Assembly (NCBI RefSeq): GCF_037042905.1
Contig: NC_087245.1
Span: 15,378,001 to 15,438,000 of the forward strand
Origin: Lytechinus pictus
Taxonomy: Eukaryota
Direction: 5' to 3'
Length of the DNA stretch: 60,000 nucleotides
The translations under genes and the position numbers were made by a program. Below are positions 13,721 through 25,100 of the stretch, in pieces. The stretch's first letter is position 1; the number at the start of each line of letters is the position of its first letter. The notes under the pieces are model-generated. The model saw only the letters and a list, made by a program, of their open reading frames with translations. It did no database searches and was not told the DNA's origin.

Positions 13721-13910
13721 ACTGGGCGTTGTGGCGTGCGCCTGTAATCCAAGCTAGCTAGGTGGGGGAAGTTACAAATTGATGCAGAGGTTCGAGCCCT
13801 GGTCACGTCTTTCGGATGGTGACGTTAAAGGTCGGTCCAGACGTAAATAATTATATCTAATTGATACGTCTGACAAAAACTCAAATACACACACACACAC
13901 ACGCACACAC
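13721..13910 (+). mobile_element. Short SINE with 7SL/Alu-like head, B box, Deu/Nin-domain-like segment and (CA)n tail
   Basis: ACTGGGCGTTGTGGCGTGCGCCTGTAATCCAAGCTA resembles the 7SL RNA 5' end. B box GGTTCGAGCCC at 13789-13799. GTCTTTCGGATGGTGACGTTAAA at 13807-13829 resembles the DeuSINE core as recalled. (CA)n tail. Confidence 0.65.
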
Positions 13911-15412
13911 ACGCTCGCGATCGCCGCCGCGCCGCACGCGCACATATTGCGACAGTATCAGGTTAAAAAATATCAACAATATCATATTGAATATGGCAGC
14001 TGTGAAAAGAGCAATTGTGTTTGGAACAGTAATTCGCTATACTGACCGTGAACTAGGTGTCTGAAGGACTTAAGAGGCCAAGTGTTTAATCATGGTAAAG
14101 TTTTATAATTTTAGGGGAAATTTCGGACCTCATAAAGATAGATTTTAGCAATTAAATCAAGTCTAGAAATGTCCTCACCAATCATTCCGTCTTGTTAATT
14201 GTTCAGTCCCATTCACTGTAAATGTTGTTGGAGCTGATATTCAAGAGGGGGAGAGGGGCGAGGCCCGGGGGAAGGTACCTCAAGTGATGTTCGTGTAGGC
14301 TCCACTCCATCAGAGGTCGCGGAACGGTTTTCAAAGTGGGGGGGGGGGGCTGACCATGCTAAAAATCACAATCGGATATGGTCATTTTTACTTTTTTGTA
14401 CACGGTTTTGGAAAAAAGTGGGGGGGGGGGGGGTGAAGCTCCCCCGGTTCCGCGGACCCTGTCCATTACCACTACACTATGCTACACCTTACAGAACATC
14501 GAGGTGGTGAACTCGCTCTGTCTGATACTCAGAGTGACAAGGTGGGATTTTAAATTATGGGGGGGAAATATAATTAAATTCTCAAAAACATTGAATAGGC
14601 CCTAGTCAATAAAAAATATTATAAAATAGGTGTATTATTTTAAGCATCGCGATTGGTCAATACGCGTCACATGACATCCAACTTTTTTGGTGCACTGCAC
14701 GGCAGTGCAAAAGGTGCGCAACGAAAATTGACATTGCACGCTCAAGCAAACCAGTGCGGTAGAAGTCCGGGGAGAAGTCCAACAAAACTGTACTGTAACT
14801 TTGTTTCTGTGTTGCTATTTTATAAAACAAATATTGCACTTGCTCTGTCGTGCGTAAAAGTAAATGCAGAGAACGCTCGGTTTCTTCAGATGGTGCACAC
14901 TGGGCACTCACCGCCAGCGGCTCGTGCACAGTGCGGCACCTATCTAAAGAAACCTCGCGTGCTCTGCATTTCCACTAACGCACTCGGCTGCATGCATTAT
15001 TTGTATAATATTCTTTTCACAAAGGTCAAAGTTTCACTTCTTTTCCATGCTTGTATCAGTCTCAAAATTGGTGATTTAGAGCCAGTAACATTTTCCTTAC
15101 ACGTATTAATTCACTGCCGATTCCAAAACATCGCAAACTGCCTCTGCGCATGCGCAGAAATCGCAGCTCAATTCATGAATATTCATGAGTACTAGAGTAG
15201 GACTTAACACGAACATCACTTGGGGTAGGGGGAAGCTTTAGTAGTGCTAGTAGGAGGAGGTGTTTGGAGGGTGAAAATAATTCATTATTTGCTAATAGTA
15301 ATAGTAATTTGAGGTTTCTTGTGATTTTTCTGACCAAATCATTCTCACTAATTGTCTTTTTCAGTAGTGGTGGTAAGTCTAGGGGCTACTCTAAATGTAA
15401 CGTTACTCTTCT

Positions 15413-16604
15413 ACTAACCCAGGAGTCCACCGTGCATTTACACATAGACACGGGACTAGGGTAGATTGTGGTCTCAATAACTTGGAAAGAACAGAAATTA
15501 TGCACTTACCACGATTATATGGATGAAGGTCTATCGTGTGGCAGTATCCTGACATCAAGGCACAGACTGGAACCTAAAAAAAACCGAAAAGTTCTGTCGC
15601 GATACCTCTCCCAATTCTTTCAAAAGTCATTACAAAATGGCCGATCGAGACTGGGGTAGAAGGAGAGAACTTTTCGTTTTTTTGAGGTTCTAGTCTGTGC
15701 CTCGATGTCAGGATACTGCCACACGATAGCAGTCCTTCACGTTTATAATTTCGTGGAGCTCAATAAATCGCTCTCCTTATTTTTTTGAGGAGCTCAATTG
15801 AGCTCCTCAGAATCGCTCTCCTTGAGAAGCTCAAATCAATTCAATACAATACATGTATGATAAATTGTAGATTTTTCTTAACATCGTATGCAATAGCTGT
15901 GTAGCTATTAATTGATCTGTGGTGAAAGTAGGCCTGGGTCAATACGTTTACAAAATATCGCGCTCCTGCTCAAAAAAAAAAAAAATTGCTAAAATTTCAC
16001 ATTTTACATCTTTAAATCCTTGAAATGGCCATCTATTTTCCATAACTCCTTGAAATTATTTTAATTTAGTTGAAAACTATCACAAAAATGAAGAATATTC
16101 ACCTCTTTCCCGACTCTGATTTGAATTTAAACTCTGTAAATATTGTAGTCCCATATGTAGATTTTCATGGCAACACCATGGAAGTCTACATGTGGGACTA
16201 CAATATTTACCAAGTGTAAGTTCAAATCAGAGTTGGGAAAGAGGTGAATATTCTTCATTTTTGTGATAGTTTTCAACTAAATCGAAATAATTTCAAGGAA
16301 TAATGGAAAATGATGGCCTTTTCATGGATTTCAAGATGTAAAATGTGAAATTTTAGCATTTTTTTTTTTAGGAGCGCGATTTTTTGTTCTCCTTATTTTT
16401 GTAGGAGCGCCGGCGCGATCGCGCTCCTCAAAAAAAAAAAAACCTTCATCCATGTAATCGTGGTAAGTGCATTATTTCTGTTTTCACAATTTTCTTTCCA
16501 AGTTATTGAGACCACAATCTTCCCTAGTCCCGTGTCTATGTGTAAATGCACGGTGGACTCCTGGGCTCCGGCCTGCTTCGCAGGCCAGAGCTCCCTGGGT
16601 TAGT
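15413..16604. mobile_element. Composite foldback element with long inverted arms and an internal palindromic insertion
   Basis: Left arm 15413-15595 pairs with 15667-15729 plus 16442-16604. The roughly 710-bp interruption contains a hairpin of about 430 bp (about 15955-16385, centre CATGG-CAACA-CCATG). Confidence 0.75.
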
Positions 16605-17396
16605 CTTCTCCTTGCTGAAAATAAATGCCAAAAAAGGACAAAAATAAAATAGCAAAAGAGTCCAAGCCTTAACTTAGGCATAACAGTTACTATGTAAGTT
16701 ATAACTAATATTAGACCCTAGGCTCTCTAGATCTACTTGTGAATGTGAGATTTATTTTGTAGAATATGATTTATTTTTAGAATGTGATTCATTTTGATAA
16801 TTTTATATTTGTTTTTTCAACTGCATGAAAGGAGCAGATTAGTCTTTACAAATGTGCAATAGATGAATTAATTCAATTTGACTAAAAAAGCCAATCTTTG
16901 CGAGATGTGGTGGTTCATTGTCGATGTCATTCATAATTGTCCTTTCATGGAAATTTGGGCGTGAGGAAAGTGTGAACCATCGCAAATAAACATTTTGCAT
17001 AAATTCTTCTGTTCAAAGTAAAGATTCTTCACATATTGCATTAAATGAAATTACAAGTTTGTTTTGGTGACTAGTTTCCAAAAAGCATGGAATGGCTGGA
17101 TAGACTAAGCATCAGCAACTACATGTAGATGGCTTTTGTATATTTTGTAGACTCGGCTCTGAAAGACTCAGACATGGGCAATGGAAATACATTGTAAGCT
17201 ATAAGAAGTGAGCATAAACTATATAGCCTTATAGGCCTAAGTGTCTACTGTTTCTGAAGACTACTGTGCCATTCTGCTTGATGCATGCTCGTCCAACCGT
17301 TTATTCTTCAACTTTTGAGACCTGCCACGCCCAAACCCAACAACGAGTCCCTCACAATGCATTTCATGGTTTTCATTGAGCTAAGAAAGCACACCA

Positions 17397-17605
17397 GGGG
17401 TATTTCACAAAGATCTAAGTATAACTTAAGTCGCATTTAAATGCCGACGGGTACATGATATGCAATGCGCAGTCTTATTGATCAATACGCAGTAGTATGC
17501 GTCCTTTTGGCATGATCTGACCACTTGCGGCCATGCCTTTTATACCGCGCGCAACTAGACATTTAATGCGACTCCAAGTCATACTTAATTCTTTGTGAAA
17601 CACCC
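17397..17605. mobile_element. MITE (TIR element)
   Basis: GGGGTATTTCACAAAGATCTAAGTATAACTT...AAGTCATACTTAATTCTTTGTGAAACACCC inverted arms of about 55 bp. Confidence 0.65.
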
Positions 17606-18636
17606 TCAGGACTAAGCTTTAGAAATTAAAATCAAGAGTAACCCACTCTAGTACTTGATTCAATGCAGCAGTAATTCAGAAAGAGCTTCAAAACATCAGG
17701 AGAATACAAGGATTGAAGTTCAGGGTTCTCTCAAGCATAATATTTGCACGCTGCAATCTCGGTGATACTTCCAAGCAGGCTGCAAAAATGGTGTTAAAGA
17801 AACTCTTGGATCTTGTTTTTTTTATTCAACTAGTAGCTTCAAATCAAATTTTGATAGCATGAAGAAGGAGAATTTACTCTTTCAGATAAGCCAATTCTCT
17901 AATTTTTGCATGCATTTTAAGGACAAAATTACTATTTGGGCTTATACAGAGAACCTTCTCTGGCAACTTATTGTTGGTTCGGGAGTCTTTTGTTTGTTGG
18001 ATTTTCCAAGTGAACCTGAATTCCTAAAGTTTATAAAAAATCTCTCAGAGGCTTTTTATGAAAACAAATTTCTAAAATTACATACCCTAACCACAACACT
18101 AACCCTAAACCTAATCCTTAATGTAATCCTTAACCTAATCCTCATCCTAAACAACCCCCAGTTACCATCTAGATCAGGAGAAGTTAAATAGATGCATACA
18201 TTTACATACATACATTTGTCTGCATCTATAGAAATTTGACTTCTCACCATTTTAGTATCATATCTTTATTTCTGGTATCAATATTGCCCATATCCATATT
18301 TTTTTCCTTTAAATTTTACTGGGGGTATGTGTACATATATTGAACTGTTGCCAATGGTTGTCCAAGGTGAATTTCTGATGGCTTGGGCTATTGGGCCACA
18401 ACATTGTTGAGCCTTGGTTTGTGCAACCAAAGATCTCTCGAGATTGTGGGGTCACAAGATGAAAGGTTGTAGATGCATTTGTTTCAAAATGTCAGAAGTT
18501 AGGTGTGTAATATTCGTGATTTGGCAATGGTTGAGGCATAAATGTTAACTGTATGCTGTCAAAAATCATTCAGTATTGTATTTTGTGACCATGCATGAGG
18601 GGTAACTAATGTCTTTCTGAATCATTGTTCTCATAG

Positions 18637-19134
18637 GCAAATGAAAATGTAGTCATCCCTGTTCTTGATGAGGATGGAGATGATACTGATATGGAAGAAA
18701 TGTTGGAGTTGCTGAACGACAGAGCTAACCCAGAGAAACCAACCTTAGAAGAACAGCTTGCCAACTTCAGACAAGAATGGCAACTAGAGTTGGTGAATGT
18801 ACCCAAAGGTCAAGGTGATAGCCGTGGTAGTCCTGTGTTACGCGGCAGTCCAGCCCCCGCTGGCAATCCAGCCCTGCAGGGAAGTCCTTCCCCACAGCCA
18901 GGACAAAGGTCATCATCCCCTTCGATGAGAGGATCAGAGAAGAAGAAAAATTCAGCTAGATCCTCTCCCTCTGTGGTTGGGACAGAACAGCAGAGGAATG
19001 ATGAAACAGGTCCTGGTTCCATAAAGGGAAGAGAGGAGGCCTTGAGGAGTAGCAACAAGAGTTCATTAAGAGAGCCTAAGGATGAGAGTGATGTAGAGGT
19101 TTCATCTCTCTTGACTGAATCGGTAGAAGAAAAG
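18637..19134 (+). CDS. FBXO9: FBXO9 exon (N-terminal acidic region, FRQEWQLEL motif, Ser/Pro-rich linker)
   Basis: tcatag|GCA AAT GAA...GAA AAG|gtacac, phase 0/0, 166 codons. Confidence 0.9.
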
Positions 19135-22100
19135 GTACACTTAATTAGAGGGAAAATATTACTTGGGGCTTGTAAATGCTAAAAAAAAACCCTGGAAACT
19201 AAAACACAGAGCCCTGGAAAATCCCAATTTATTGCCATGTTAAAGCTTATTGAATGTTGCAGAATTAGGCAGTGAGCTGTGAAAAGTAGCCCCAGAAAAA
19301 AAAATTGCCTGCTTAATTACCCTTAATGATGATAATATATATTAGGAATTATGATAGTATGATATTAACAGTAATATAAATGATGATGATGATGATGATG
19401 ACAATGCTATAAATTATTGTAATAATAAATAACAAATATATTGATAGTGATATAAGTGATTATGATAATGATAATTACTGGTAATAAAATGATGATGAAA
19501 AACTATCCAGACCACCATTACATGGCCAATGCTGCAGGTCACAGTGCAATTTCCCGTCCCCAAAATTATTGGCACTTCCTAATCAATAGCTTATCCAGAT
19601 AAATATGATTTCAAATTACTTTTGTAAAACAATGATTTCAAAGTATGTAGATCTAAACGATACTTCTTTTGATCCTAGAAATTTTGGAACTGTCCAACAA
19701 TCAGCATGGCTGTTTTCAAGATTCACAAGATCTGTTTACATTGATCCCCACAGTTTGTCCAACATTCTTGTCTCAATTTCAGTCATGAATCTTGTTTGCA
19801 AAATTTTAGCATGAATATTCATTGTAACCTTTTGCATTCATATTTGTGTCTTTCTGTGATTACAGGCAAAGTATTTGTTCAAGCAAGGTGTAAAACATGA
19901 AAGAATTGGCAGAATGTATGAAGGTAAGTATTATTAGTTTTTTTTTAATCTTAATTTTTTATTTCTTTTGGTTGGGGGTATGCAGGTTTATGTAACAAAA
20001 CATGAGTGTGTTTTATTGTGTAAACATTGTATGTCAATTTTAATCAGAATACAAATTGTAAGTAATGTAAATAGAGAGAGTAGTGGCTAGAGGGGAGAGT
20101 GAAAGAAAGTCAGCCATTCAGGAGGGGAGGTTGAGAGATAAAGGGAGAGAAAGGAAATTTTTGGAAAAGGGGATGCTGTTAAGTGGCATAAGTTACTTAT
20201 ATTCTGAGTAACGTTTGCAATTTTGAAGTGTTTGCCTTGATCCAAAGTTAAATCATGACTTTGATAGTGCTCTACATTACTGTACACATGATTGTCATTC
20301 TTCTAACATAATAAGCTAAAACAAATTGACTTTACCTGTGGTGGGAAAGTTCTGCACTCCTCAGGCCTACTCGGTTGAGAAGTTCAGAATCTAGCCTTAG
20401 AATGGGTGCACATTAAAACTCATCTTGGTTCCCATGAAGAGCACCTTTATGCTTTATGTACATGTAGCTGAGATTGAAACACTCAGGCCTCCTGCATAAA
20501 GAGTCTTCTATTAGAATGAAACCTTTAAAGTGTACAATGTTATTTGTGTTTGGCATAGAAAATGTTGAATCAAAGACCCTTGGTAAGAATAATAGAGGGA
20601 TTATTGGATTTGGCTCAACATAGGTACAATCTTTCATTCAGTGTACCCTTGGTCCTTTCTAATTGATGGTCACTTTAGTTCTTCTAAATCTTTTAACTAA
20701 GTGATGAATAGGATTAAAACTTTCTTGGCTTCTCCCTAATAATGAGAGCACCCACATCATCTCAAAATAAAAGAAGAGGATGGTCATTGGGCCAAACATG
20801 AACCTCAAAATTTGATTCATACATTAATGAGTAAAGCTTGAGTGAAATAAACATGAATATTCCATTCTAGCTACATGTAGCCTATTTAGACTCTGTGCAC
20901 CAAAAGACCTGAAGTGCATTTGTTATTTTATGATGAGGGTTCAGGTACATATTTCTGAGATCATGCATTTTATCAAGATGGTCATGCTTCATTTTCTTTA
21001 TCTTTACTAAGCGGTCATGTTTTACAAGCAAGCAATGCAGCTTGTACCAGATGTGGAAAGCCGTGTGCAAGAGAGCGAGGGAAACAGCAACAGTGGTAAG
21101 AAATTCAGTCGTTTAAATATTGAATATCATCAAATGTTTTATTATGTTAGACAAAAAAGAAAACATAGCACAAAGATTGGGATTATCAAAGATAGCATTG
21201 TTCAATGAAACTTTTCCTTTTGCCGATTTTCCTATTTGAAATGTTTTTAAAAGAGAATGTACATATTGATTTATCGTTAACTCCTTTATTATTTGCTAAT
21301 AATAATTTTGAACATCACCCTGGCCATTTTTTTTAATTGTCTTTCCTTTAGTTTGAAGTGAAAAGTTTGGGTTTTTGTTGTTTAGAACACACACAATAAA
21401 AATAATGAGGAAGACAAAAACCTTTTTTTTAGGCAATGGAGACAGTTTTTTGAAACCCTGAGTGTACAACAACCTGTAACTAACACCTTGTAATAAATTC
21501 CATCAGAATCCAACTAAATGACCACGTAATTCATCAGCAGAAAATGAGTAACTGCTTCGTAAAAAAAGTAAAGTAAGCAGGACAATCTTTCATTTAGAGT
21601 GGTCATGTGAACATTTATTTAATATAGCTACATGTATCTTTTATGGAAACCTTGAAATAATTTGATAGTCGGTATCAAAGGAAATCAGAATTTTATGTCT
21701 TTGTTCAACTTAGGTTTTGTTGCTGGCAAAAAGCGAAAAAGTCAGTATAATGGATTTAAACCCCTTTTCTCCAAGAATAGATTTCAGTGAAGACTTCAAC
21801 ATATGATTCTATACAAATATAATGATCATTCAAACTTTAAATTGTCCATACTTGAAACATTTGAGCTTTTCACATTAAATTGTCAACTAAAGTTCAATTT
21901 GATTTTGTCCAATTACAGGTAGCAACCAGGTCTCAGACGATGAAGAGTGAGTATTATAAGGTTTGCTAAATTTGTGGTATTTTAAAGTCTCATTCTATGT
22001 GTCTTTAAATCATATTTTGTCATGTTGGTACAAGAACGCCCTAAGCAAAGTATTTTCGCGGACCACATCGGTGCAGAAATGCCCTTACACAAGGCACTAA

Positions 22101-25100
22101 TGCGGGCTCCTGAGGGTGTTTTTGCACGCATACGATGCGCAAAAGTGTGGTTTTAAGGGCGTTCTTGCACCGGCACAATGATTTGCATTATGATGATGTG
22201 TCTTCTTCTAGTGACTAAAAGGTATGATGTACATTCCATTCAATGGTGTGAAATACAAAGCTTGGGTCCCAATTTACTGGTGTGTTGATGCCTTGAATAC
22301 ATTTCAACACACAAGGCTCCATGGATGGGTGGGGGGGGGGGGGGGGCTTGAAGAATGATTATCTTTCAATAAATTCACATACCTCAGTACCCATGTATTG
22401 CCTTGTGCATTGCAAGATAGACCGTTGTAATGATATACAATGTACATCTAGTTTTGGTAGTTGCAGAGTGACCTAGTCATTCAAGCTGGGGTTTTAGTGA
22501 GCTGTGTGTAGAAACATTATATTACGTGCAGTACAAATGTTTATCACGTTTTTACTGTACCAGTATATGTCAAACAGATCTCCATTTGTATGTTATATCT
22601 TTTCATGTAATTTTATATTAAATATTATACTGTCCCTCGTTTGCAGGAGACAGGAACTACAATGTTCATCTGCCTAAATAAAACTTTTAGCTGTAAATTT
22701 CACTCCAGTATTTCGGGAAAAATGCAAATTAGCCTCTGCTTATGTGGTGAATGTGACTTTTCTTAATTCTTTCCTTGCTTTTCTGAACATTTGAATCTTC
22801 AGAAATAACAACAATGAGGTTCAAGAGATGATCCTGTAAGCTCATTTCTCTTCTCAAATTCATCTCGCTATTGAGTGATGTTTTAATCTCAGGAATGTTG
22901 GCTTCATATTTTTGTTAATTAGTTGTTTAAAAATAAATGTTTATAATGCATGGTTGTTTGAAAGTTATTTTTGATTGTTTATTAGACTTTCTTTCTTGAG
23001 CAGCTAATCTTTTATGGTATCACTACCCTTTTCTTTAGGGTAAATGGTCCATATTAATTTTTTTTTACAAATGATTAATTTTTTATACTAGTCTACATTT
23101 TATCCGTTGGTGTGTTATTTCTCTCCTCTTTCCTCATCCTCCTCCAGCGCACTATCTCCATTGATCGCGATATCCCCTCTTTTACGCCCCACAAAAGAGG
23201 GGATATCGCAATGAACGGGGATTGCATGCTGAAGGAGGATGAGGAAAAAGGAGAGAAATATAACAAACACACCAACGGATAGAATTTGAACTATGTTCAT
23301 ACATGTACATTGAATTGTTGCTATTCATATTCACAAGAAAAGACTGATTATGATGAAACGTGACCCTTGTTCCCTAAATGTCGATGAGTATGATTTCTGA
23401 ATTCTGTTGCAAAACCCTATTGTCCTGTTGATGACGCTCAATGTGCACCATGAATACATTTCATCGTTTAGCAAATAAAAGGGCAATATGGCTGATCAAT
23501 ATTATTGAAAATTGTTGTTTTCCTTTTTTTTACATTTTCTGAAAGAGAATCTATTACATACATGTATTTTTTTTTTAACTTGTACATGTAGCACCCTTCA
23601 TCATGCATAAAAATAAGTAAGCTTATGTACAGTATTTTAACTGAGATTAAGATTTACTTGTACTTTATGATTAAAAATGAAATGACATTTGACATTCCAA
23701 TTGGTAGTTCTTATGTTTTAAGGAAAAAAAACCACCATTACTCCATTTTTGTCTTGCCTGCATAGCAGAGTGAGTCTATAGGCGCCACTTTTCTTATGCC
23801 GGCGATGGTTGCGTCGTCAACATTGAAATCTTAACTAAGGTTAAGTTTTTGAAATGTCATCATATCTAGAAAGTATATGGACCTAGTTCATGAAACTTGG
23901 ACATAAAGGTAATCAAGTATTACTGAACATCCTGCCTGAGTTAAGATGAAAGATCATTTAAGGTCAATGGACTTAGACCATGTTGTGGGAATCAATATTG
24001 AAATCTTAACCAAGGTCAATTTTTTGAAATGTTGTCATAACTTAAAAAGTATATGGACCTAGTTCATGAAACTTAGACATAAGGGTAATGGTGTATCACT
24101 GAAGATCCTGCGTGAGTTTTAGGTCACATGGGGTCAACAAACTTTGGCCATGTTGTGGGTTTTGTGGTATTGTCATCATAACTTTGAAATTTTATTGATC
24201 TAGTTCATGAAACTTAGACATAAGAGCAATCAAATATTCCTGAACATCCTGTGCGAGTTTCAGGTCACATGACCAAGGTCAAAGGTCATTTAGTGACAAC
24301 AAACTTTGGTAATGTTGGGGGTATTTGTGGAATTATCATCATAACTTTAAAAGTTTATGGATCTAGTTCATGAAATGTGGACATAAGGGTAATCAAGTAT
24401 CACTGATCGTCTTGCACAAGTCTTCGGTCAAGGTCAAATGTCATTTAGGCTCAATGAACATACATAGTATTTTATCATCATATGAATGGTGTTTTTTGTG
24501 AATGATTATTCTATAGTCATTTTCAAAGTCAGCACTGCTGCTATATTGAATCGCGTAATGCAGGCGAGACTGCCAGAGGCGCTTCATGCGTCTATCAGGG
24601 TAGCCTGTATTAAAGTCCAGTGGACCTGCTCTCCCAAACTACCCTTCATTTCACATGAAAATAACAATACATGAATTGAAAACATTCAGATAATGATTAA
24701 AACAAACCTCAATGAAACAAACAAATTCACTCATTGCTTTGCACTGATTGCCAGCTATATTCCTTTAAAGTTTACCGCAGGGAGTTGTTAGGAAGGAGAG
24801 GCGTCTTGCTGCTTTCCTTTTCCCTCATGCTTGACACCGCAAAAAATTGGTGCACTAATCTGCATCTGTTGACCAGCTGGTTAGATAAAAGAACATGTGA
24901 ATAATACAGTCATGTATTAAAGTGTTTAAAACTTCGCATCAGAACATCGGATCTCAGCAACTTTTCGCTGTACCTTTTAATGATTTCTCTCAATGGTCAA
25001 ATGTGTTATGCATCTCATGAGCGAACACAAACTTTTTAACAATCATGTTTTCAAATGCAAAAAAAAAAAAAACCAGAAACAAGCATCAAAGATTTCAAAT

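Noticed and set aside
13721..13800. Functional SRP RNA gene or human Alu contamination
   Set aside because: Similarity stops after about 36 nt, with no S domain, Alu dimer or poly(A). The rest is non-primate and embedded in continuous invertebrate sequence.
14653..15195. 180-aa ORF
   Set aside because: Non-ATG start, no recognisable domain, and it lies in hairpin-rich repeat DNA.
15637..15660. ATGGCCGATCGAGACTGG as the FBXO9 start
   Set aside because: The nearby GT is a weak donor and in phase 1, whereas the next exon needs phase 0. It lies in the loop of a foldback element.
18085..18152. Interstitial telomere
   Set aside because: Short, degenerate TAACCC/TAATCC hexamers, typical of simple repeats within TEs.
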